Shown here in pieces: positions 12,501 to 19,199 of a stretch of DNA of 64,000 nt. Under the pieces are notes generated by a model that saw only the letters and a program-made list of their open reading frames with translations, was not told the DNA's origin and did no database searches. Position numbers and translations under genes: made by a program. Position 1 is the stretch's first letter. Every line of letters begins with the position of its first letter. Location: positions 26,957-90,956 of the IMG/VR virus record IMGVR_UViG_3300025168_000044. One strand, written 5' to 3'. This DNA comes from a virus.

Positions 12501-15500
12501 TTCAATTTCTTGGAACTTGCGTTCTCTCCTCGTTGGGCTCGAAAGAGTATCTTCCTCGTTACCACCACTAATCCTTACGTTTGTTTCAACTGCGTCTTCT
12601 TCAAGCTCTGGCTGGTTACGCCGATCAATAAGCGTAGGTGTACGATCCAGCATAAAAATGTTCCTGACCTCATCTTGGTCAAGACCTGCTAGGGAGTCAT
12701 CGGTTTCACGGCCATTGGTCCCCTCCATCTCACTCGGGACTTCTGGCGCGGGAGGCATGACCACAGCTGGAGACTCTGGGCTGACGCCGCTGGCTGCCTC
12801 CTCCTCTTGCAGAGCTTCAAGCTGCCGGTCAAATTGCTCTTGATAGGCTCTGATTTCTGCATCAGTAGCTTCAGCATCCAAAGGCTCCAACGTTGTTGTT
12901 GGCTCCTGAGCAACTGGCTGTATTTCTGGTGGTGGAGTGCGCTCAAGGCTTTCTATGTCAACGCTGGATTCTGGAACTGCCTGCTGCTCTGCTTCTGCCA
13001 GAGTTGGTGCTGCCCTCTCTGGCAACTCCACAGTGAATGGGAAGTCATCATTCTCAAAGACTTCTTTCAGCAGACGGCTTTGATCTCTAGTGCTAAGATC
13101 CTCAAACTTTTTACCTTTGGCAATTCGCTTACCCGCTGTGCTGACTTTGCCTGCTGGAGTCTTTATTGCTGCCCCAACCAGCTCTCTCGTAGCATCTGGC
13201 AAACTGGCAAACCAAGGCTTAATTGCCTCCTCCTGCTCAACTCGTAGCATCTCCTTCGTAGCCCTTGCCGTTGGAGCTGCAGCTTTTACTGGCTCAACAG
13301 CAGGAGGCTCTGCCAGAACTGGGGCCTCTTGAGCTAGACTGGTATCGGATTCCGGCACTTCTGGTGCAACAGCTTCAGGCATTTCTAGGGCTTCTTCCTG
13401 CTCTACCAACTCCTCAAAAGTTCGGCCTTCTGGCAATTTCTTTTCAACCACACTTCTAAACAGCCTTGCACCATCAGAATCTTCTTTACCATCGCGTTTT
13501 AGTTGTAGGTATTTTCTGAAAGTCTTCCACGCTGATTCTGGTAAATTAATAATTTCTGGAGGCGCAACCTCTGGTAGCGTTGCCTCTTCCACAACAGGAC
13601 CAGGGGCTGGTTTTGAAGCCACTTCCTCTTCAATGGCATTCGGCAAGGTTTTGAGGTCAGGGGCTTCTGGTGGGTCAAGTCGGTCATCATTGGCAACCAG
13701 CAGTTTAAGGTTGTCTGTTGGCACATTCCGCTCAACTCTGCCCGTTTCGGTCATGAGCATGTCTACAGAACCATCCTCATTAGTTTCGAGGATTACCCCA
13801 GCCATCCCACTTTTTTCAGCAACATCATCCAAGCCTATCATCTCGCCGCTTTGATAAGTTGGAGCTGCAGGCTCAACTTGTTCTGTGAGGATTGCATTGC
13901 CATCTGAAGTTTCCTCAATATCCACATCCTCTAAAGGTAGTGACCCACCTCTCGGAGCTGGCTGTGGGCGCTCTGGCAAAACTGTTTCTTGGCTGGTCAG
14001 TGGGGGGATAGTCAGGTCTTCTGTTGGCTCCGTTGTTACCTCTGGCTCTGCCCTGCCAAAGAGGCGGCTGGCTTCTTCCTGCAACGGCGTTTGCGGCGCT
14101 ACATCTGCGCCTATTTGATCGCCAAGTGTCGCAGGTGTCGCAACTGTCGCAACTGTCGCAGACTCTTCACTGCCAATCTGATCGCCCTCTTGAGCTGGAG
14201 CCTCTTGAGCTGGAGCCTCTGGTGGAGGAGTTGTTTCGGGTGGTTTCTGTTTGGTGGCCCGTGGTGGCTGACGTTTCTTTCCACCGTCTGTTTGCTGTTT
14301 AACGATTTCAGCAAATAAACTTCTCAGCTCAATTTCAGATGCCTTAGCAATGTTGCCTCGACTCTCTGCCAGCTTCTGCCGAAGACCCGCCTGCCACTGT
14401 GCCTTGAGCTGCCCTTTTTCCGCATACTTGTTGACAATCCATTCCTCTGTTGCCGTCAGGTCATTGGCATTGGGGTAGCGTTCCTGGCGGAAGGCGTCAA
14501 TCTCTTCCCCAAAAGTGATATACATCCTTTGAAGCAAGGAATCCCGATCCTCATCACTCATGATGTCGCGCAGTCCTTGATGACCTACATACTCATGCTC
14601 AATGACTTCAACAGCTCTAATCGCCATCCGTTCAACAGGGGAGAGCTTAAACTCTTTACCTTGGCTTAGAAAACCCGTGATGTTTAATCCTGAGACAAAA
14701 TCTGGGCGGGGTTCTAGGGATCCTGAAGCAATGTTTTCTGCAATAAAAGTGATTGTCTGAGTGCCCTTGTCAAAATAGCCTTCCGCCTGAGAATTGATCT
14801 GAGCCTTTGGGAATAGCGCTTGTGCTTCTTCCACAGTTCCAACCACCTTGACCTTCCCAGCTTGGACCCGATCTCTCAACGACTTATTGCTTTTTGCCAG
14901 AAGCTTAATTGCAAACTGCAAAACTTGGGGGGTAGCAACAATCTCTTGAGCATTTCGGTTAGTCAGCTCATTAAAAGTTTCTTGTTGCCCTTTTGAAATA
15001 GGTTCGGCTTCTAGTGAGCCAGATGGAACACTATCTTGTCTGGTTTCAACCTGTTCCCCTGCGAAGATGCCGCCTTCCTCGGTCTGGGTTACCCCAGATT
15101 CAATGTCAAAATTTGGATCCAACAAATTGGGCTCAGGAGTAGGCCCTTCTGCTTGCCCACTCAGCATCCCTTCAGCCCCTTGCAGCTCCTCTTGCCTTAC
15201 CGCATCCCCAAATAAAGTATCCAACAAGTTGGGCTGGCCTTCCCCAAACGCCCCCTCATCTGATTGATTTGGCATTTTATATTTGTCATACCATGCTCTC
15301 AGGCTTTGCTCTTTTGCTGCGACTGCCTCTGCAGAATTGGCAATCTTTTGGCCCAAACGCCGTTGCCTAACCGTTTCAAACTGCTGCTGCATCCCATCGG
15401 GGCCTTCCAGCATGTACTGGCCCGATGTAACAAACCCAGAGATAGTTCCGCCAGCAGCAGCTTCCATTGCTGCCGACTTAATGGCTTCCATATCATCCCA

Positions 15501-17096
15501 AAGGTGAGCTTCTTCATTAGTAATGTCATCACCTAGCACTTCCTTTAGAGCAACCTGCATCCCGTCTCTGACTGCCTTGTAGTCAAAGAATCCAGTAATC
15601 CCTTCTGTAAATGCGTCATAGGCTACGTTTTTAGCCATGAACTCTGAAAGACTTGCTGCATTTCGGATAGTATAAATGCTTGCGGCATCTGCGAGTGAAG
15701 CCAAATTAAAAACAAGGCTTTTCCCATCCTTACCATCAATTTTAAATGCGCTGTCTGGCGCTTTATCTGTATCCACAACTCTATATAGATACATCCGGTT
15801 ATCACTAACCTCTCGAACCAAAGTGCTTTCGGCTCTCATCATTGCAGTTTGCAACGCTTCATCATCAGGATACCGCAACCGTAATTTGTCACGAATGGCC
15901 TTACGGCGAGGATCTAGCGGGACATTTTCGTTAAAAAGTAATTTTAATTCTGCAACCCCAGAACCAACATTTTGGCTGGTGGCGGCATCTAAGGAGCCAG
16001 TGACTACACCACTTTTGGCAGCTAAGGGCCCAGCAAAAGACGCAATTGCTCCAACCGTCAACCCTTGGACAAGAGCTGGGGTAGAACTAGGAAGCGTTTG
16101 GGAAAATTCGCCAAGAATAAAGTTTTTGCCTTGAAAGGGAGTAAGCTGATCTCCCGTAAATTCATCATACTTTTGGCGCTCCTCTGAAGTCACTTCCTGC
16201 TGGGTTGCAATTTTTTTCGCAATGGCAGCCAGCTCATTGGTAAAGGTTTGCGGCTTCCAGCTTTCTCCTAATTCTCTAATGTCCAGCAAAAGCGCGTCAG
16301 AAACTAAATTGGTGTCTATGCCTAGCTGAGATAATGTATCACTGCCATAAAGCGCTCGGCTGGATGCGCCAACTAGCAAATCACCAAAGGCACTAGCAGT
16401 TGCAGTGGGAACATTTTTTAAGCCAATGCCCAAGTTCTGCAGCTCTTCCTTTGCAACCTGAAGCGCTCTCTGGTTTTCTTGCTCTACAAAGGCTTCATCC
16501 TCTTTCCGCACAGCTGGTGGAAGGACCTGTTCTAGATTCCGCAACTTTCCCAACTGGATCCGCTCGGCTTCCATTGCTTGCAGCTGATTTGCGCCTTCGA
16601 GTTGGGCATCAGGCTGAGGTTGGATAACTGCTGGAGTTAGGGCAAATGGCCCAGTGTTCGGGGCAGCAAACAACTTAGGTGAAGAAGAGTCAGGAGGGGG
16701 GACAGGTGGTGGTTCCAGATTTTGCTTAGGGGCTGGCGGGGCTTCTGCAGAAAATTGCTGAAAATAGTCAGGGATTTGCTGAGAGGCCGGATCAAATTCT
16801 AGGTTCAGCTCTGGTTGAGGGAACTCCAAGTTGGTAGGTTCTAAATCCCCAACAGCTTCAAATAAATCAAGAAGTTGTAACGCTTGTTGGGCGCTTGTGC
16901 CATCACGCAAGAAGTTTTCAAACAGTTCAACCCGTTTTTCATCACTTGTCTGATTACTTTGCAGAATTTCTTCAGGCATCCGCAACGGCCCAGGTGGGGC
17001 AATCTTTGGGGTGTCAATGCCAAGGTAATCAATATTGGTTTCCCTGTCAGATCTAGCATAGAAAGGGGCAAATTGGTTGCTGCCAAATTGAGCCAT
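3531..17096 (-). CDS. giant polyvalent internal virion/ejection protein, 4521 aa
   Basis: uninterrupted ORF; zincin-like HEYVGH (~14590) and HELGH (~12300); DdrB-like ParB motif QPRDR...GAPII...VLSGNNRS (~10600-10770); three LFSLR linkers; last large gene of the virion operon. Confidence 0.85.
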   Translation of the reverse strand: MAQFGSNQFAPFYARSDRETNIDYLGIDTPKIAPPGPLRMPEEILQSNQTSDEKRVELFENFLRDGTSAQQALQLLDLFEAVGDLEPTNLEFPQPELNLEFDPASQQIPDYFQQFSAEAPPAPKQNLEPPPVPPPDSSSPKLFAAPNTGPFALTPAVIQPQPDAQLEGANQLQAMEAERIQLGKLRNLEQVLPPAVRKEDEAFVEQENQRALQVAKEELQNLGIGLKNVPTATASAFGDLLVGASSRALYGSDTLSQLGIDTNLVSDALLLDIRELGESWKPQTFTNELAAIAKKIATQQEVTSEERQKYDEFTGDQLTPFQGKNFILGEFSQTLPSSTPALVQGLTVGAIASFAGPLAAKSGVVTGSLDAATSQNVGSGVAELKLLFNENVPLDPRRKAIRDKLRLRYPDDEALQTAMMRAESTLVREVSDNRMYLYRVVDTDKAPDSAFKIDGKDGKSLVFNLASLADAASIYTIRNAASLSEFMAKNVAYDAFTEGITGFFDYKAVRDGMQVALKEVLGDDITNEEAHLWDDMEAIKSAAMEAAAGGTISGFVTSGQYMLEGPDGMQQQFETVRQRRLGQKIANSAEAVAAKEQSLRAWYDKYKMPNQSDEGAFGEGQPNLLDTLFGDAVRQEELQGAEGMLSGQAEGPTPEPNLLDPNFDIESGVTQTEEGGIFAGEQVETRQDSVPSGSLEAEPISKGQQETFNELTNRNAQEIVATPQVLQFAIKLLAKSNKSLRDRVQAGKVKVVGTVEEAQALFPKAQINSQAEGYFDKGTQTITFIAENIASGSLEPRPDFVSGLNITGFLSQGKEFKLSPVERMAIRAVEVIEHEYVGHQGLRDIMSDEDRDSLLQRMYITFGEEIDAFRQERYPNANDLTATEEWIVNKYAEKGQLKAQWQAGLRQKLAESRGNIAKASEIELRSLFAEIVKQQTDGGKKRQPPRATKQKPPETTPPPEAPAQEAPAQEGDQIGSEESATVATVATPATLGDQIGADVAPQTPLQEEASRLFGRAEPEVTTEPTEDLTIPPLTSQETVLPERPQPAPRGGSLPLEDVDIEETSDGNAILTEQVEPAAPTYQSGEMIGLDDVAEKSGMAGVILETNEDGSVDMLMTETGRVERNVPTDNLKLLVANDDRLDPPEAPDLKTLPNAIEEEVASKPAPGPVVEEATLPEVAPPEIINLPESAWKTFRKYLQLKRDGKEDSDGARLFRSVVEKKLPEGRTFEELVEQEEALEMPEAVAPEVPESDTSLAQEAPVLAEPPAVEPVKAAAPTARATKEMLRVEQEEAIKPWFASLPDATRELVGAAIKTPAGKVSTAGKRIAKGKKFEDLSTRDQSRLLKEVFENDDFPFTVELPERAAPTLAEAEQQAVPESSVDIESLERTPPPEIQPVAQEPTTTLEPLDAEATDAEIRAYQEQFDRQLEALQEEEAASGVSPESPAVVMPPAPEVPSEMEGTNGRETDDSLAGLDQDEVRNIFMLDRTPTLIDRRNQPELEEDAVETNVRISGGNEEDTLSSPTRRERKFQEIEYNETKPVVENPEQKVVDRYGNQLGNIRLHERSYTWNGAHFNGGVGLDLDFALDADNTEIAHVILHELGHATHSLVGDRINQLPDIDEELQQIEDFLYPGLRSKVDAAMQQEEKPDVKFFNYLLSPEELIAEFNTHLGDDPVVDPQGRPVAPQIAEILVSEQNNSELVRLRNIMPTGLFGKTEAVGRLSLQDGQLDVVLEPMDAAHQNSIRYEVAKAKSIEKASGTNYTALLNFDLAEFTTPKAIGNLAFDAYLTGYYESKIRVNGQRVERDSEEQRQAQIQLLRRAVELFNIEEELKPTNFTAGFYRTKSEKKLAKLQAEGKTLQQSIDDFDDQMVAKYGSDWFAKKSEYEVAKQLNEDVRINEIEKTINKKDLQKAKSLLDSRIAMDRVEYEMGRQPIEQSVRNALRDDELANAILETFELDFRGDAVGMYLSGKNLEVNLDSPEVMQSAYSRVGEIIAKRRGAEDFNVLADSSVSPLLPSGKKELKQEVFSIVQRGREAILSAFVNPTEQPLALTPPTITPTPVQVDGGVEANIPRDIAAVSENAPAQVALVNVDDIFISNELDGSINPDFARAAGVQPRDRTSLQADPKLREIIGEPDETRFLGNSPDPGMGAPIINNQGAVLSGNNRSRALKYLAEQATNQENQRESQFWQNYEDELLERAEGLGFSPSTVLERINEAKANGTRLIMVRRFTEDLPQGTIEKIANIENKPQVEVLSLAEKARDLGNQMNSIDVQSLITEDGLAITRKGVRERIQALVPNATEYKLYFTEDGGLTKEGEKIFTLALFTKAYPKELVDQISLATEIPAQVGALRDSVPKRLNLLQAVDAMQLNQNLKQELQGLTDRIYQDWREAEAVYNDLEKNPAAAEDFSNIGELMPFKDKAQRILVRSMRGNTRKASITSMRKKFDKFYEHLKLYATDLVDESPLGYEKLVENFFSVDESVLEDPSQGALFSLRRKPQVGVEGAPSYERNLAAADTSEEAVTAWKSANKGKFLEDPSPQLIEAARKYGQAQYETEAKMLAAQQKYLAAVREFDPIVPLESTPSIRPWSDHVNALDSNKLKGNKGLIGLTKFIIDGIRVGLRLDIPSYKSYGVYTPTIHDSSGAPIGYGKAAKITDVTFGADNIAKKALQVAMGEAAKSPFALINGTFVNEDPEALYNQAVSIMDNPLGKATYRDADGSTWTQVGYKPHRYSWFYDKTDGMPLNTADEVIQVGALVLAKNAVKGLPTDQRNLTKPVDEGGKLFSLRRTFDPSNIVDQPLVAGIKVTDPKTGERRNVDRPMFESKLVEVLQDLPPEPVRADFASESKFLKARGKHRQQYIYDGMPAGNAYDRLIDMARSKRVAMSRRPTQEVQTLFGDKETFVDGNPNRPIVVEEVAKNAAIPEVLVHTSAESEYVLSQEPGGSNYRQIVLVHKNMEQNQPKYDYTIQGDHFPVPNSLFFFLVQDRRTSDGEKVLFMDQLQSDRFQQGRKFGNEPLSSGESKQLLEDQIQTETSIKLRQQELFNNLGQVYQEYVDNRIAPRPSDQDIQNARENAENELDRKLAAARDISLSSNSQFEKSANVILTELFSYEFSNPYFQSAVMTRGAPYEAESGPNFIEGERRFIVEQGRDRIDADEFFQLNENLKPLTDEEVLRYQRMNPWDVAKMQDVFRLRTIRTFFDKFVDSEDFVQHMLRDSNPLTLDQIRAVYGNGAIVNQDIGRLNRAIINEMGRQDDAAPYDARAADLFAAADSEIKALSDKVGEIKDKRNNSGVPPNFLQENWWRRGLEFITKLAAREGYDGIVLSSGDQTIRNNLTAAGAQEGTRLFYDQRYPNHLGKIAKNYEAVASDVNVGINKRTVSETNSANLASFAEYETQLNALPSIPKIEPEINRGILFTNEDYRVIDTKRDELFSLRPRGRRPLNEEEKQSLGKKFTNINFFENLFDPAKLIYRIKRIASGVSGFVDPFAYVKHRDELLTLRNLAKGKIQKAERVQREIYDGIRTAETPTEIYEMLTQGLPEESVTIESDRAIAVKTRDEIDDLGQQLVDLGQIPQESYEKYRFKYLPQVYLKYLLPDEVNAVLSTGRKPSPLNYTNRRKLTGDNPTDLLVQEILGIVKDPAFLAAQSVGTVGRDIALLEYFQSLAENPAWTLQDQFTGFSLHDEMQQIINEMLDANQMTQEEAIQLSQNLRLHELEPQIIPSNLLSVLDIFGDWISGTSAKLSQNVDDQRAISAGQQSMLETDTGQPAQVEAALAEQKLWSYIRSQFTRLQTELERTDPDRPFRNQRRLKRRAKGLEPIVVLALDQQQPIQANEKQRAAASWLSNNLETAALVEMLKVLDPIIGMRGYDVTASYLSEEAQRIRDQIAPTKSAKYQQALYTLTKRMDDYKREALGRMGLPTDESATAFEGWAKMPKDKRYGALRGMWVKQEIYDDIVGFTQIEPGKDDFMTKFLFGDDSVAAKYQRYQKLFSVALNPPSMARNFVSNKLWMYVITGMPPFPINTRKLGVNALSYNIRAVQSLLSNDANQKDRQYKEIFEKYGLGVGTFSNQELKRIRQEVAEFQIKLKTQKNKLSPAEKRELSEMTGLPIEEFKDFSAAEIYYLHLANLWNKYIVDKGGFIYQNMEFMDKMSVVMYAMEEKGLSEEEAVRLAEDALFDYSLVRPWVRTTRTSPLGAAFITYTAKVLETFPRALKRDPAGVGRRSLLLLAWQYKLFNTLSKIIQFGFKQTIEEMFEEDEEDSVEALKKARGEWAEKNPSLALFPFKDSMDRFQLIDQTYYIPWGMYTRAAEELSRGNVDSAAAQSGILQSFLLNLVAGYRTGVDPFTKRKFIDDYLPEEDQDVQRSVWLSNQLQPAILRGMIDEAHKYITSDSDVPIPSTGGVIRQLIDALSAEGMIPMLYDESTLVDSEGQPKRTLGQSLGRTFAGANLYSVDPLNAQRRNIELQSYKLGQLKSRQVRESQKIAGNQNLSDEEKIERIREKNEYFTKAIMKQYEKLLGTARPLPATITD

Positions 17097-17097
17097 G

Positions 17098-19197
17098 TTA
17101 TTGCCCCCTATTATTTAGCGCCTGTTGAAGCATTTGTTGAAAAAGGGGGTTGCTTGAAAGTAATCCTAATGCCTTGGGGTCATTCATTACTCTATCTACA
17201 AGCCCCTCAAACGCATTATTGGTATAACCGGCTCCGCGCACATTTGCCAAATTGCCATTAGCAGAGCCTGCAGCTGGGGCTTCTTTCCCCTTTCTTGTTG
17301 CCGCCGCCTTCTTCAACTTTGCCTCATTTTTTTCGGCTGTATTTTGTTCGGTGCGATTACGTTCTAAAAGTCGTTGATTTATTGCAGAATCTTTTGTTAA
17401 ATCAGGTAAGGTTTGTTGGAGATTGTATTGGTTAACAAGAGTTCCGTTTTCTCTCAAAACTTGGTTATAGTTCATCCCTACCCCCCCTATAGGAGCAAGG
17501 GTTTCTTGGTCAAGCCTGAGAACATTCTCTAAATTAGATTGATTTTCTTGCCCACCACCTTGGGTACGTTGCCTACCCCCAATTGAGGTTCTTAGATTAG
17601 GTTCCCCTTGAGGACGGCTAACGGGAGCTTCGATTGTATTTCCTTGCCCTGCAGCTTGATCAGCGCTGGGGCTAGAAAAATCAAATTTGAGTAGATTACT
17701 GAGAAACCCATATTCTTGAGTGTCTGGTGGTGGCTCCAGCTTTTGCTTAGGGGCTGGTTCTGGGGCTGCTTGTAAACTTAAACGCTTTAGTGGGTTTTGG
17801 GGCAGCTGTTCTATTGCAGCATTTATAGAATTCCGTGCCCGTTCAACTGCTTCATTAGACGGTTCATACAATGCTATGTAGGAATCCAACAACCCTTGCA
17901 AAACTTCAGGTGATTGGGCAACTGATTGCCCTAAAATGTCTGTTTTCTCTTTGTCAATCTGAGCGACTTTTGAAATAAACAGTTTGTCATTGGTATTTTG
18001 ATTATCACTCTTAAGAACACTCAACAAATCTTGGGCTAAATCTTCGTCCATATCAGCATTTTGAGCTGCTACCAAAAATTGTTCATCAGACATTTTGTCT
18101 GTGCCAACTAAAGATTTTGCATTTTCTAACACCTTCTTTGCTTGTTCTAGCCTTGGTGCAGTTTCTAACTCAAACTTTTTTAGATTTACCTCAATGGAAA
18201 ACCGTAGTTGTGCATCTGCGCTGAGTCTCTCATAATCCTCACTTGCCACCAAAGCTGGGAAACTTTGCGCCAGCTTTTTATACTCATCTTTTGTGGTAAC
18301 CTTACCTAGCATGTCTTGAAAGGGTTTTAGATTTTCGCGGTCCCGCTTCAGTTCATTGTTTTCTGCAGTATCCACAGCAGCCTCAAATCTAAAATTGTCT
18401 CTTGTAATTGCTACTTTTGCAGCATTGGCTTCCCTTTCAATTTGCGCACGATCCTTTGCAAATTTCCTTTTGATACTAGGAGGAGCGTTGTCATACGCAG
18501 CTAATGCGCTTTCAGCATCCCCGCCATTTATGAAAGAGGTAATAGCGTTTTGCACTTTTGCAACTTGGGTTGAATAATCAAAAGGGTTGTTGCCGCCGAC
18601 TGCTTCCGTTGCTTGCTGTTCTAGCTTTTGGAAATCAAGCATGTAGCTTGGATTGTCATCGCCTAGTTCATACTTTGTCCGATGGGAAGAATTTAACTGG
18701 TCAATCATGCTGGTTGTGGCCGCTGGAGCCATGTCTCTTGCTTCAGCAACTTTCAGCAGATTATTCAGGTTGGTGGTGTAGTCATTTTGCTGCTTTGCCA
18801 GCTCTCGCTCTTGAAAAGCCCCATAGGCGCCCATCACTTGAGGGGCTACTTGGTTGATCGTTTCAAAACTGCTTGGCTGCGTGTAGGGCATCCCTGTCAA
18901 CTCTTGCTCGTTGTAAGGTTTGACCATACTGTTAGCACCACTTCCCAAGGTACTGCCAAGCTGGTAGCCCATCGCCATGGTTGCAGGGTTGTATCCCGTA
19001 GCCATTCCAGCCACAGCTGCTCCTGCCACTCCACCCAGAGTGCCAACCAACCCCCGATTGCTTCTAGCGTTTGAGGCTGCTCTCCGAGCTGCTGCAGCTT
19101 CCTCTTGTTGCCGTTTGATTTCACGGCGTTGCTTGCGATTGGCTAAAGCGTTGCCAAAATTCATTAACGATTGTCCGTAATTAGGGAAACTAGCCAT
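17098..19197 (-). CDS. probable internal virion (ejection) protein
   Basis: 699 aa; Gly/Ala-rich hydrophobic N-terminal segment, helical body; immediately upstream of the giant gene. Confidence 0.6.
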   Translation of the reverse strand: MASFPNYGQSLMNFGNALANRKQRREIKRQQEEAAAARRAASNARSNRGLVGTLGGVAGAAVAGMATGYNPATMAMGYQLGSTLGSGANSMVKPYNEQELTGMPYTQPSSFETINQVAPQVMGAYGAFQERELAKQQNDYTTNLNNLLKVAEARDMAPAATTSMIDQLNSSHRTKYELGDDNPSYMLDFQKLEQQATEAVGGNNPFDYSTQVAKVQNAITSFINGGDAESALAAYDNAPPSIKRKFAKDRAQIEREANAAKVAITRDNFRFEAAVDTAENNELKRDRENLKPFQDMLGKVTTKDEYKKLAQSFPALVASEDYERLSADAQLRFSIEVNLKKFELETAPRLEQAKKVLENAKSLVGTDKMSDEQFLVAAQNADMDEDLAQDLLSVLKSDNQNTNDKLFISKVAQIDKEKTDILGQSVAQSPEVLQGLLDSYIALYEPSNEAVERARNSINAAIEQLPQNPLKRLSLQAAPEPAPKQKLEPPPDTQEYGFLSNLLKFDFSSPSADQAAGQGNTIEAPVSRPQGEPNLRTSIGGRQRTQGGGQENQSNLENVLRLDQETLAPIGGVGMNYNQVLRENGTLVNQYNLQQTLPDLTKDSAINQRLLERNRTEQNTAEKNEAKLKKAAATRKGKEAPAAGSANGNLANVRGAGYTNNAFEGLVDRVMNDPKALGLLSSNPLFQQMLQQALNNRGQ

Positions 19198-19199
19198 AT

